Positions 28,500 to 37,636 of a DNA stretch of 64,000 nt are shown piece by piece. Origin of the DNA: Pseudomonadota bacterium (GTDB lineage: Bacteria > Bdellovibrionota > FAC87 > UBA2466); assembly GCA_043767805.1 (NCBI GenBank), contig JAYUGC010000058.1, positions 1 to 64,000 on the forward strand, written 5' to 3'. Every line of letters begins with the position of its first letter. Position 1 is the first letter of the stretch. Both the position numbers and the translations under genes were made by a program. The notes below the pieces were generated by a model, which ran no database searches, was not told the DNA's origin, and worked only from the letters and a program-made list of their open reading frames with translations.

Positions 28500-30356
28500 T
28501 TGAAGTTCTATCGCCCAACTAAAAAGAACCTCTTGCGAGGCACTGTCATCGCTTTAGCACTTTGGGCGGCCTATTTCGTCGTCGCCAATTTGGTCCTGCG
28601 GGGGGATTGGCTAAAAGGACAGTTAGCCAGCTGGAAAGACGGCCGGTTAACGTTTCATTCCGCGTCCTCCCCGTTTCCGGGCTACCTCGTGGTTAAAGGT
28701 TTCAACATCCGGCACGAGGACGACAACGTTCGCTGGGGAGCCCAGATCGATACGGTCACTGCCTGGATAAATCCACTAGGGATTCTCATCAAGAGCGTCG
28801 ACTTCCGGCGCATTCGAGGTGTACACGCGAAATTCCAGCTCCGCCCCAAAGCCGCCGAGGCGAAGGCCTGCTTACCCAATATCGAGCCCATCCCCGGCCC
28901 CCGCCAAGTCGTCGAGACCGCGGAAGACAAAAAGCCGTCGGGAGTGACGTTTGCTTTTAACAGCATTGAGCTCACGGATTTTTCCGAGATTTGGGTGGAT
29001 TGCTACCGCTTCCATGGAGAAGGGGAAGTCGACGGTGGCTTTGTTCTCGCCTCCGGGCAATGGGCGCTTATTAAAGACTCGGACGTGAAGTTCAAGTCGG
29101 GCGCCATCGATCGGCCGAACGAAGGGCCTTTCATCCGCGCCGTGCACGGTAACGTCAACGCGGAAATCTCCCGTTTTCCCTCCGACGTCGAGAACAAGGC
29201 TTTTTTCTCTCACATAACGGCTCAAATCAAGCTGCACATGCAGGGGGCCTCCGTCGACATCCTGAAGCTCTACACCCATTCGCTGAAATGGCTCACCACC
29301 GAAAATAGCCCCGCCGACATGGAAATCGACGTCGGCATCAAGCAAGGCTATCTCACGGAAGGAAGCAGGGCCACGGCACGCGGCACTCAAATCGGCTTGG
29401 GCCTTTCGCGGTTTAAAATCGCCGGGGATTTGGAAGCCGATTTCTCGGTGCATGACAAACCGAAGCTGATGCTCTCGGCAGCGCCTTTCTCCATCATCGG
29501 TCAGGAAGAGGCGATTCGCGGAAAACGGTTGATGGTCTCCTTGGTGAGCCAAACCCGCGAAGTCTACGAGGTGTCCCGCGAGCTCGCGTTCGACATCAAC
29601 ATGCCGGAAGCGCAGATCCTGAGCCTCAGGGATCTCAACGCTTTTCTTCCCACCCCCGCCAATCTCAAAATTTTAGAGGGACGTGGCGTCCTCGATTTTC
29701 ACCTGGCCTCCGGCGCCGAAGGGGAGTCGGGAAGGCTCGCCCTCGATCTCGACAAGCTCCGCGTTCAGCACGACAAAAAGCAGTATGAAGGAGATTTGGC
29801 TTTAGACATGCCACTCGAGCACTCGAGCTTTCAAGATGTCCGCTTTAGAACCCCCCGAACCTCCATCCGAATGCATTTGAAAGAGAGCGGCTCGGGCGCG
29901 AAAGTCTCGACGGGCACCGTCGACGTTCAAGGCGGGTTGTTTGATTTCGGCGACCGCCGCTACGGCGGTCATTTAGGCGTGGTCTTTTCCCAAAGCGCCC
30001 CGCTACTGGAGTTCATTGCAAAGGCGGCGAGCGTGCCCGGATTCGTCGGCAAAATGATGGGCGGCGATAACCTCGTCGCTCTCGCCGAAGTGGAAGCCGA
30101 TCGCGATCGCATTCTCGTTCAGAATTTTCAGCTGAAAACCGGGTCGGTGGAAGTGAAGGGCGATGTTTGCGCGGCGCCGGCGCCACATCGTAAGGCCGCC
30201 ATTCTCGTCTGGGCGGGACCTTTCGCCGTCGCGGCTTCCGTGAGGGGAGAGGAAAGCTCCGTCGTACTCCACGAAGCGGCGAAGTGGTTCAAGACCCACG
30301 GCTCTCAAAAACTGAGTTGCCTACCCGGGGAAGATTCCGAGTTTCACGGGGAGTAA
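28500..30356 (+). CDS. Membrane-anchored beta-rich protein (AsmA-like architecture)
   Basis: N-terminal TM anchor followed by long amphipathic beta-strand content; TTG start. Confidence 0.55.
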   Translation: MKFYRPTKKNLLRGTVIALALWAAYFVVANLVLRGDWLKGQLASWKDGRLTFHSASSPFPGYLVVKGFNIRHEDDNVRWGAQIDTVTAWINPLGILIKSVDFRRIRGVHAKFQLRPKAAEAKACLPNIEPIPGPRQVVETAEDKKPSGVTFAFNSIELTDFSEIWVDCYRFHGEGEVDGGFVLASGQWALIKDSDVKFKSGAIDRPNEGPFIRAVHGNVNAEISRFPSDVENKAFFSHITAQIKLHMQGASVDILKLYTHSLKWLTTENSPADMEIDVGIKQGYLTEGSRATARGTQIGLGLSRFKIAGDLEADFSVHDKPKLMLSAAPFSIIGQEEAIRGKRLMVSLVSQTREVYEVSRELAFDINMPEAQILSLRDLNAFLPTPANLKILEGRGVLDFHLASGAEGESGRLALDLDKLRVQHDKKQYEGDLALDMPLEHSSFQDVRFRTPRTSIRMHLKESGSGAKVSTGTVDVQGGLFDFGDRRYGGHLGVVFSQSAPLLEFIAKAASVPGFVGKMMGGDNLVALAEVEADRDRILVQNFQLKTGSVEVKGDVCAAPAPHRKAAILVWAGPFAVAASVRGEESSVVLHEAAKWFKTHGSQKLSCLPGEDSEFHGE

Positions 30357-31423
30357 CCGGGAATCGGCGCCCAAGTGCACTCGGGCGAGCTGCCTCCGCT
30401 GTGTACTTCACTGCAGCATTTCAAGACGGTCTCCTTGGCGCGGCCGTATTTCTGATGCCAAGCGCTCCAGTCCATCGAGGAGCCGGAGAGTCCGGGCGCC
30501 ATCCAGTAGGCGAGCTTCCAGTCGATGCCTTCCACCCGCACTTGTTTTCCGTCTTTAATGACGATGGAATCAAGAGCGCCCAAGACTGTGCTTTCGTGAC
30601 CGAAGTCCTTGGCGACTCCCATGGCGTCGGCGGCCCAGCTGAGACAGGTGCGTCCGGAAGTGAGCCGATGGCAGGAAGTACAAGACGCCGCGCTCGTGGC
30701 GGTGAGCATCTGATATCCCACCGCTTGCGGGGGACCTTTCAGCATGACGCGGGCGAAGGGTCCTTTGGTGTAGCCGCCCGTTTTCCAGGGAGTCGATTTG
30801 AGAAAAGGCGTGTAGAGAAACGGATCGTTGTCGTGGCAGTAAATGCAGCCGCCGCCCTCGGTAATGTTGAAGTGGCGGCCAAACTCCGTGACTTCCGCTT
30901 CGGGCGCGCGCCCGATATCCAAGGAGGGAAGATTTTTACCGGCGATGGCGCCGCTGTAATTTTCCCACCAGCACGTAGCGCCCGTCCTTTGGTTGCTCGC
31001 AATGACCGCAACTTTGTCGAAGGGCACCGTCGGATCGGCGTACTGCTTCGTGTAGGTATTGCGGCGGCAGATCCATTTGACGTTGATGTCGCCGTGCGTG
31101 AGCTGGCCGAGCCGGCTTCCGGGCGAGCAGGAACCGCCAAAGAGAGCCGGGTTGTGACAGGCCTCGACCGCGTCGGTAACGGGCTCCAGGCGCGTCGGCG
31201 TGCCGGGGCGCGAGCGATAGACTTGGATGGCTACTCCTTCGGCGCACTGGAGCTCGGCACGGGAAGGGAGCCAGTCGTCGAAGGCTGCGCGGCATTTGCA
31301 AGAGTAGCAGCGGGCTTCGGCGCCCGGAGTCGAAAGGTCGGCACATAGATCGGCGCAGCCTAGGGCGGCGCGTGCCGAGGGGATGTGTCCCGACAGAGCA
31401 AGAAGCAGCAGCACGCGGACCAT
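30344..31423 (-). CDS. Secreted Cys-rich putative diheme c-type cytochrome
   Basis: Signal peptide; CIYCH and CTSCH motifs; many additional Cys. Confidence 0.6.
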   Translation of the reverse strand: MVRVLLLLALSGHIPSARAALGCADLCADLSTPGAEARCYSCKCRAAFDDWLPSRAELQCAEGVAIQVYRSRPGTPTRLEPVTDAVEACHNPALFGGSCSPGSRLGQLTHGDINVKWICRRNTYTKQYADPTVPFDKVAVIASNQRTGATCWWENYSGAIAGKNLPSLDIGRAPEAEVTEFGRHFNITEGGGCIYCHDNDPFLYTPFLKSTPWKTGGYTKGPFARVMLKGPPQAVGYQMLTATSAASCTSCHRLTSGRTCLSWAADAMGVAKDFGHESTVLGALDSIVIKDGKQVRVEGIDWKLAYWMAPGLSGSSMDWSAWHQKYGRAKETVLKCCSEVHSGGSSPECTWAPIPGYSP

Positions 31424-31432
31424 GCTGCTATT

Positions 31433-31903
31433 TTACCTTACTGTGAAGTGCTTTCCGATGTAGGCGTACCGAAACTCGAAGATCGACTTCAGATTGCGCG
31501 CCACGAAGGGACCCGCGAGCAAAGCCCCCAGCCAGCCGCCGGGTACCTGGTACTCCACTTCATCCGTAATGAGCGTTCCCTTTCCGAGAGTCTCGAAAAG
31601 GTGAGTGTGGTGCCACCAGCGGTACGGGCCCTTGATTTGGCGATCGACGAAACGTTTTCCCGGCTCCCACTTCTCGATGCTGGACTGCCAGCGCACGGGC
31701 AAGCCGTGCACGCGCAAGGCGTAGTCGATGAGGGTGCCTTCGCCGATGGCCTCGGTCGATTTGCCCACGACACGGAAATGCATCCAGGGCGGGGTCAAAG
31801 CCTCGAGATTTTTCTCATCGGCGTAAAAAGCGAAGACTTCCGCTAGGGGGAGAGGGATCCATTGCTCAACTCGGATTTCTTCGACGGGCTGCCGGCTTTT
31901 TTT
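31433..31903 (-). CDS. SRPBCC-family domain; frame opens at the A9 run with no suitable start codon
   Basis: EQWIPLPLAEVFAFYADEKNLEALTPPW...FVDRQIKGPYRWWHHTHLF...ITDEVEY. Confidence 0.8.
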   Translation of the reverse strand, partial: KKSRQPVEEIRVEQWIPLPLAEVFAFYADEKNLEALTPPWMHFRVVGKSTEAIGEGTLIDYALRVHGLPVRWQSSIEKWEPGKRFVDRQIKGPYRWWHHTHLFETLGKGTLITDEVEYQVPGGWLGALLAGPFVARNLKSIFEFRYAYIGKHFTVR

Positions 31904-32814
31904 TTAACCAGGTCCGCGAGAGCCGAGGTCAGCCTGGGAAACCGATAAACGAATCCGCTTTGCGCGGCTCGCTCGGGGAGAACTTTCTGGCTTCCGAGCA
32001 GGAGGCCCGACAATTCTCCCAAGACGAGCTTCAGGCCAAACGCGGGCGCCGGCAAAAAGGCCGGGCGATTCAAAGCGCGCCCCAGATCCTTGGTGAACTC
32101 GCCGTTGGTGAGTGGGCTCGGGCTCACGGCGTTGACGATGCCTTGGATATTCTCATGCTTCCAAGCGTGCAAGAAGAGACTAACCAGATCCTCCACGTGA
32201 ATCCAGCTCATGGACTGCTGGCCGTTACCGAGCGGCCCCGCGAGACCCGTCTTGAAGATCGGAAGCACTTTTTTCAGCATGCCACCCTCGCGACCCAGCA
32301 CGATGCCGATCCGAAGGGAGACGACTCGCAGGCCCGAGACCGAAGCGAGTTGCTCTTCCTTTTCCCAGTCGCGGCAGACCTCGGCGAGAAAGCCCGTGCC
32401 CACCGACGAGCTTTCGGTCAGGTTCTCGGAACCGCGATCGCCGTAAAAGCCGATGGCCGAGGCGCTAATGAGCGCCGTGGGCTTTGGTCCAGTCATCGCG
32501 TGGACCGCTTCCACCAAATGGCGCGTGCCCAAGACGCGAGAGTCGTAAATCTTCTTTTTTTGTTTTTCGGTCCAACGCTTGTCGGCAACCCCTTCGCCAG
32601 CTAGATGGAAAATGGCTTGGACGCCGTCGAGGGCGGCCGCGGGCGGCCTTTCCTTTTCGGGATGCCAAGCGAAAGCAGTGACGGGTGCTGCGATCTTCTC
32701 GCCGACCGTGTCGGGATTTCGGGAAAGGACGTTGACGGTATGTCCCTCGCGGGTGAGCTCTCGCACCAGTTTTTTGCCAACGAACCCGGTAGCGCCAGTG
32801 ACCAATACTTTCAT
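31843..32814 (-). CDS. TIGR01777-family NAD-dependent epimerase/oxidoreductase
   Basis: VTGATGFVG, HLAGE.VA..RWT, SASAIGFYG, GFLAEVCRDWE, SWIHVEDL. Confidence 0.92.
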   Translation of the reverse strand: MKVLVTGATGFVGKKLVRELTREGHTVNVLSRNPDTVGEKIAAPVTAFAWHPEKERPPAAALDGVQAIFHLAGEGVADKRWTEKQKKKIYDSRVLGTRHLVEAVHAMTGPKPTALISASAIGFYGDRGSENLTESSSVGTGFLAEVCRDWEKEEQLASVSGLRVVSLRIGIVLGREGGMLKKVLPIFKTGLAGPLGNGQQSMSWIHVEDLVSLFLHAWKHENIQGIVNAVSPSPLTNGEFTKDLGRALNRPAFLPAPAFGLKLVLGELSGLLLGSQKVLPERAAQSGFVYRFPRLTSALADLVKKKAGSPSKKSELSNGSLSP

Positions 32815-32864
32815 AGGCCTAACCTACCTCTGATGGCTCACGAAAGTCACCGATCTCAAGCGGC

Positions 32865-33488
32865 TTACTTCGGCGTAATGCCGGCCGCGACCGTAATCAC
32901 GCACATGGGGCTATGGACCGGGTGCGGACCGCAAGCGATGCCCGTAAGGCGGTAGTCGGGATCGAGAAGAATTTTGCGGTGGCCGCGGCTTGCGACTCCG
33001 TCATCGACGACGAGAGCGGCGAGCATGTCTTTGCCCTGGTTATCGCCGAAGGCGCCGTACCCGATGCACTCTCCGCTCTTTCCGAGGGGAGTGCCGTACT
33101 TGAGCAGCCGCGAATGAGGCGTGCTGCCATCCTTGCCGTCGTGACCGGTGCCGCCGGTTTTTGCTTGAGCATTGGCGTGGTCTTGCGCGGCGCGGGTCAG
33201 CGGAGCCGAGGGCTTTAATTGGCTTAAGGGTTTAGTGGATTTCAAAACGGCAATGGCCTCGTCGACGGCCGCTACACCCTCCTGAGTGGCCAGCAGCAGG
33301 GTGGGCGACAAACGGATCTTTTTCCCTTCGAACCTTTTCTTCATGTCGGTGAGATAGGGAATGAGGGAGCTCGGGTTTTCGCGCATTTCATTGAGAGCGG
33401 CATGCAGCTGTTTCGCGAGCGAAGGGGGCTTGGCCGAGACTGGTATTGAAACGCAAAAAATGCCGAGCGCGAGCTGAAAAAGTTTCAT
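32865..33488 (-). CDS. Secreted CAP/SCP-domain protein
   Basis: LTRAAQDHA, GHDG, GECI and LVVDDGVASRGHRKILL motifs; start moved to MKLF. Confidence 0.85.
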   Translation of the reverse strand: MKLFQLALGIFCVSIPVSAKPPSLAKQLHAALNEMRENPSSLIPYLTDMKKRFEGKKIRLSPTLLLATQEGVAAVDEAIAVLKSTKPLSQLKPSAPLTRAAQDHANAQAKTGGTGHDGKDGSTPHSRLLKYGTPLGKSGECIGYGAFGDNQGKDMLAALVVDDGVASRGHRKILLDPDYRLTGIACGPHPVHSPMCVITVAAGITPK

Positions 33489-33521
33489 GCTTCGGTACTT
33501 TAATCTCTCGCCGACAAAAGA

Positions 33522-33537
33522 GGGAACGGTTTTTGCT
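33522..33537 (+). promoter_or_regulatory. Sigma-54 -24/-12 motif
   Basis: GGGAAC-GGTTT-TTGCT. Confidence 0.45.
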
Positions 33538-33599
33538 TTCACTTCGGACCAAGTAACCCTTGCGGCCCTCGAGGCCGCTTGAAATGAAGGAGACCGGAA

Positions 33600-33803
33600 A
33601 TGGCTAATAATCAAGGAGCGCAACGGAAACAAGAAGCGGGAACGGACGAAGATTCCGACAAAAATACTGGCCGCCAGAATCTTAATCAGCGCGATGGAAG
33701 CGTCGGACAGGGCGGCGGCAAAATGAATCAGAAACCGGGCCAAAACCAAGGAGCCGATAATAAATCGCAGGGAAAAAGCAAACAGGGTGGCGGAAATCGC
33801 TAA
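33600..33803 (+). CDS. Small hydrophilic G/Q/N-rich (stress/hydrophilin-like) protein
   Basis: RBS AAGGAG; 67 aa with almost no hydrophobic residues. Confidence 0.65.
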   Translation: MANNQGAQRKQEAGTDEDSDKNTGRQNLNQRDGSVGQGGGKMNQKPGQNQGADNKSQGKSKQGGGNR

Positions 33804-33855
33804 AGGCATCCCGTAGCGAAGCTGTAACGATTCTCTACGAGTCGTTTAGCATAGA

Positions 33856-33896
33856 GAGGGCGTCTAAAAGTGTCGACACACTTTTTAGACGCCCTC
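33856..33896. terminator. Hairpin between convergent genes
   Basis: GAGGGCGTCTAAAAGTGT...ACACTTTTTAGACGCCCTC. Confidence 0.65.
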
Positions 33897-33927
33897 GTTT
33901 GTGGGTTGATGAAGTTGTTTTAAAGTC

Positions 33928-34464
33928 TTACATGCCGAAGAGGGCCAGAAAGCCCATGATGATCGGCAACATCGTAATGACCGCCTGAATGATCGGCGCG
34001 AACTGAGGCGCAATCGCCATCACGAAGGGAAGCGCCGCCGTAAGAATTGCCGCGATGGAGCTAAGATCGAACTTCGCTTGGGTCGCGCTGCCCGAAGCCG
34101 TCTGCACGACGGCGCGAGCGACCGCGAAGGGTTTCTTCCCTTGCGAGAGAAGCGTCACGACCTGATTCAGGACCGCGGTGTTCACCGAGCCATCGGCTTG
34201 AATCGCGCCGCGGCCTTTCGAGGGAACCTTCACGGTGCCAGACTGAACGAGATCTTGAATGAGATCGCTCAGGCCAGTGACGGTAACCGCTTTGGCGGCT
34301 TCCGCGGCCGGGGCGGCGGCGACTTGCTCTTCGGTTTGGACTTGAGCGAGCACGCCGATCGCTTCGCTCTGGCTCATTTGATTGGCGAAACCCGTGGGGT
34401 TCTTACCGCACGCGGTCGCTAGCAAAAGGGAAAGGACCATCAAGGCATAGGTATATTTCTGCAT
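33928..34464 (-). CDS. Lipoprotein with hydrophobic C-terminus
   Basis: Lipobox LATAC; C-terminal hydrophobic helices. Confidence 0.75.
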   Translation of the reverse strand: MQKYTYALMVLSLLLATACGKNPTGFANQMSQSEAIGVLAQVQTEEQVAAAPAAEAAKAVTVTGLSDLIQDLVQSGTVKVPSKGRGAIQADGSVNTAVLNQVVTLLSQGKKPFAVARAVVQTASGSATQAKFDLSSIAAILTAALPFVMAIAPQFAPIIQAVITMLPIIMGFLALFGM

Positions 34465-34635
34465 ACACGTTCTCCGAAAGCTTGGCTCTATAAGGCCAGC
34501 GGGTTGTTAATTGTAGTAGGGGAGGCGCTTACAGACTGCGGTAAGCTGACGTGCTGCTTTATTGATTCTGCGATCAGATAGTCGGTGGGTTATGCCGGCA
34601 TTGTGGAGAAGGGCCGCGATTTCCCGTCTAGAAAG

Positions 34636-34663
34636 TTGACACTCGCCTCCGTGGACCTAGGCT
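34636..34663 (+). promoter_or_regulatory. Possible sigma-70 promoter of the sensor kinase
   Basis: TTGACA-N16-TAGGCT. Confidence 0.4.
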
Positions 34664-34669
34664 TAGGCC

Positions 34670-36244
34670 ATGTTATATCTCAAAGAGAGGGGAGGCCGTA
34701 TGTGGGCGAGGATTAGCGCTTTGGCCGTATTGGGGCTAGCGGGAATTTCCGCGGCGGAGATACTTTCCTCTCGCCCTTTGTTTTTTGGGGTTCCGGTGAT
34801 GGCGCCGAGCACGGCGGTGTGTTTCGCGCTTCTCTCGGCCGCTCTCCTCGGATTTTCCTGGCTTCCATCACGGCTCAGCTGGCTTTGCGCCATTCCCGTC
34901 GCGGGCGTTTTGGCCATCGTCGTGTTCTTCTCCGGAGTGGGCCGCGTGGCGATGAACCCGGTGACGGAGGTGGTCCTCGTTCCTTGCGCCGTCGCGTTCC
35001 TTTTTGGAATGTTCGCGACTCGGCGAGCGATCCTCGGCCATTTGGCGGGTCTCATCACCTCGCTCTTGGTTTTTTTGAGCGCGACTTGGGTTTTAGGTTA
35101 CGTCTACGGGACGCCCGTCGTGTTCGTCTCGACCGGAGTCGCACTTAAGCTCATCACCGCCGCCGCGTTCTTACTGTTCAGCTTGGCTTTCATCGCGGCC
35201 TTGGGAGGCGGCTACCTTCCGCTAGTTTGGTTCAGGGGAAGCTCGCCCCGGGCGCGCCTTCTGCGCTCTCTCATTCCCACCGTTTCGATCTTGGTGATCG
35301 TGGAGGGCATCGCGTCTCATTTCATCTCGCTGTCTTTTCCGTTAAACGCCGCGTCTCTTTCCATGGGCCTGAATTTGGTTTTGGTGGTGCTTCTGGTGCT
35401 CGCCATCACTTCGACCGCCCGAAGCTTGGGCGTGCAGATCGATCAAGCCGTATCGGCCCGTCAGAACGCGGAGACCGCGCTTAGGCAAGCGATCGAAGGC
35501 TTGGAAGTCACCGTGCAAGAGCGTACCACCGAGCTCAAGCGTTCCAACGAGTCCCTCGAGCAGTTCGCGCGGGTCGCCTCTCACGATTTGCAGGAGCCGC
35601 TGCGTAAGATTCGAGCCTTCGGCGATTTGCTCATGAAAAAATTGGGCGACGCTCCCCATCCCGACGCGAAGGACTATCTGATCCGCATGCAGAATGCGTC
35701 TCGCCGGATGAGCGCCCTCATCGATGCGCTCCTTAACTATTCGCGGGTGACCACCAAGGCGCTACCGCCATCGCCCGTCAATCTCGACGGCATCTTCGAG
35801 GACGTGCTCTCCGATCTGGAGATTAAGATTCAGGACACGAAGGCCGTCATCGAAAAGGGTCACTTGCCCGTGGTGGAAGGCGACGCCATGCAGATGCGCC
35901 AGCTCTTCCAAAATCTCCTCGGGAACGCGCTGAAATTCCACAAGGCCGAAGTGCCTCCCGTGATCAAAGTGAGCACGGTAAAGCAGGGGGACCGGTGGGA
36001 GTTCAAGTTCGAGGACAATGGCATCGGCTTCGATCCGAAGTACGCCAATAAGATCTTCCAGGTGTTCGAGCGGCTACACGGCCGAAATGAGTACGAAGGC
36101 ACCGGCATTGGGCTCGCCATCTGCAAAAAGATAGTCGACCGCCATCACGGGAATCTCATCGCGGAAGGAAGGCCGGGCGACGGAGCCACCTTCACGTTCA
36201 CGCTGCCCACGACTCAAGGCTCGCGCTGGGCTCAAGCCGCCTGA
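34670..36244 (+). CDS. Multi-TM sensor histidine kinase with Cph1-type transmitter
   Basis: ASHDLQEPLRKI, FQNLLGNALKF, DNGIGF, GTGIGLAIC. Confidence 0.92.
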   Translation: MLYLKERGGRMWARISALAVLGLAGISAAEILSSRPLFFGVPVMAPSTAVCFALLSAALLGFSWLPSRLSWLCAIPVAGVLAIVVFFSGVGRVAMNPVTEVVLVPCAVAFLFGMFATRRAILGHLAGLITSLLVFLSATWVLGYVYGTPVVFVSTGVALKLITAAAFLLFSLAFIAALGGGYLPLVWFRGSSPRARLLRSLIPTVSILVIVEGIASHFISLSFPLNAASLSMGLNLVLVVLLVLAITSTARSLGVQIDQAVSARQNAETALRQAIEGLEVTVQERTTELKRSNESLEQFARVASHDLQEPLRKIRAFGDLLMKKLGDAPHPDAKDYLIRMQNASRRMSALIDALLNYSRVTTKALPPSPVNLDGIFEDVLSDLEIKIQDTKAVIEKGHLPVVEGDAMQMRQLFQNLLGNALKFHKAEVPPVIKVSTVKQGDRWEFKFEDNGIGFDPKYANKIFQVFERLHGRNEYEGTGIGLAICKKIVDRHHGNLIAEGRPGDGATFTFTLPTTQGSRWAQAA

Positions 36245-36924
36245 TGTTTCGCTTCTAACCGCGGCGGTGCCGAGGGCGAAACGCTCTGGCCGAGATTCGC
36301 ATTCGCGTTCTCATTCCAGGAGGATTTTTTCATCTGCTCCGTCAAGCGATTCAGAATATTCGCGGCGGAGAGAATCGCCTTCGCGTAATGCGATTGCTCC
36401 TCCGACAAAGTGGTGCGAGACAGCATCTCGCTCATCATCAAAATCGCATTGGAGACGGGCCGGAATTCTTCCCCCAGCTTTTCTAAAGTCTGCACGCGCT
36501 CGCGGTAAGCGCTTTGCTGGCTGAGCCGTTGCTGCATGCGCTGGCGCTCCATGCCGTAGCGCACGACGCGCTCCAAAATCGCCGGATAGAGAAAATCTTT
36601 GTTCAGATAGTCCGCTGCGCCGAGATTCATGCACTCGACGTCGGTCTCGTGCAGGCCAAGGCTCGTCAGCATGACGATCGGGGCGAGGGTGCCGAGGGCG
36701 CGGGCCTCGTGCAAAATCTCGGTACCTTCCCGGGGGCCGATTTGATAGTCGACCAGATAAACGTCGTGCTCGCCCCGCGCCAACGCGACCTTTCCCTCTT
36801 CGATGGAGCTGACCCAGTCCAGTTTGTATTTGGTTCCGCGAATTTCCGACAGACACCCGCGCAAGAGCACGTAGGCGTCTTCCTGATCATCCACCAGAAG
36901 CAGTTTGATAGGCGACTGAGCCAT
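36232..36924 (-). CDS. Response regulator with a C-terminal degenerate HisKA-like helix pair
   Basis: LLVDD...YLVD...DYLNK receiver, then GEEFRPVSNAILMMSEML. Confidence 0.8.
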   Translation of the reverse strand: MAQSPIKLLLVDDQEDAYVLLRGCLSEIRGTKYKLDWVSSIEEGKVALARGEHDVYLVDYQIGPREGTEILHEARALGTLAPIVMLTSLGLHETDVECMNLGAADYLNKDFLYPAILERVVRYGMERQRMQQRLSQQSAYRERVQTLEKLGEEFRPVSNAILMMSEMLSRTTLSEEQSHYAKAILSAANILNRLTEQMKKSSWNENANANLGQSVSPSAPPRLEAKHQAA

Positions 36925-37375
36925 TTTGGTTATCTCCGGGTAATTCGACGATCTCGAGCCAATATTTCGAAAGCGTGGCGAGGGTTTCCACCAAAGCCTG
37001 AAAGGAAACGGGCTTCGTCACGAAGGAGTTCACGCCGAGGTCATAGGATCGAAAAATATCCTGCTCGGCTTGCGAAGTGGTGAGCACCACGACGGGAATG
37101 CGGCGGAGCGTGGGGTCGGCCTTGATTTCCCGAAGCGCTTCGTACCCGTCTTTACGGGGCATGTTGAGGTCCAGGAGAATGATGCCCGGGTGCGGGTACT
37201 TCGTTCGGTCGGAGTACTTACCGGAGTGATGGAGGTACTCCATCAGTTCCTCGCCATCCTCGACGAAGCGGAGCTCGTTGACGAGTCTACCTTCTTCCAG
37301 GGCCATCTTCGTCATCATGCGATCCTCTTCGTCGTCGTCGGCGACAAGAATCGTGATGCCGTTAGTCGCCGGCAT
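36887..37375 (-). CDS. Rcp1-like single-domain response regulator
   Basis: LLDLNMPRKDG...IPVVVLTTS..EQDI..SYDLGVNSFVTKP. Confidence 0.92.
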   Translation of the reverse strand: MPATNGITILVADDDEEDRMMTKMALEEGRLVNELRFVEDGEELMEYLHHSGKYSDRTKYPHPGIILLDLNMPRKDGYEALREIKADPTLRRIPVVVLTTSQAEQDIFRSYDLGVNSFVTKPVSFQALVETLATLSKYWLEIVELPGDNQNGSVAYQTASGG

Positions 37376-37460
37376 GCCGAGCCTCCTACTCCTTTAAAGT
37401 TAAGGCTGACGTCGGAAAAAAGCAAACTTCGGAATGTTTAGATGAGGTCGGTAGGGAGAG

Positions 37461-37518
37461 AAAAAAAAGGACCCACTCCCAACCCGACGGGCCGTGTGCC
37501 GAGTTGGGAGCGGGCCTT
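37461..37518 (-). terminator. Strong terminator on the minus strand
   Basis: ~20-bp stem with G-U pairs on the minus strand followed by U8. Confidence 0.75.
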
Positions 37519-37636
37519 GCTTTAGCAAGACTTCGAACGAGGTGCTCTCTATAAGAGCGGGGTATCCGCCTCGTTTCTCTATAGTCTTATTAAACCTGAG
37601 CGGCCTGAGGGGTGCCGCGTAACAAGTTTGGCGGGA

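Noticed and set aside
32865..33809. Long N-terminal extensions in the ORF track (CAP protein, Fpg, RimJ-like, helicase, PIG-L, ferritin-like)
   Set aside because: Motifs, signal peptides, RBS positions and overlaps with neighbours indicate downstream starts
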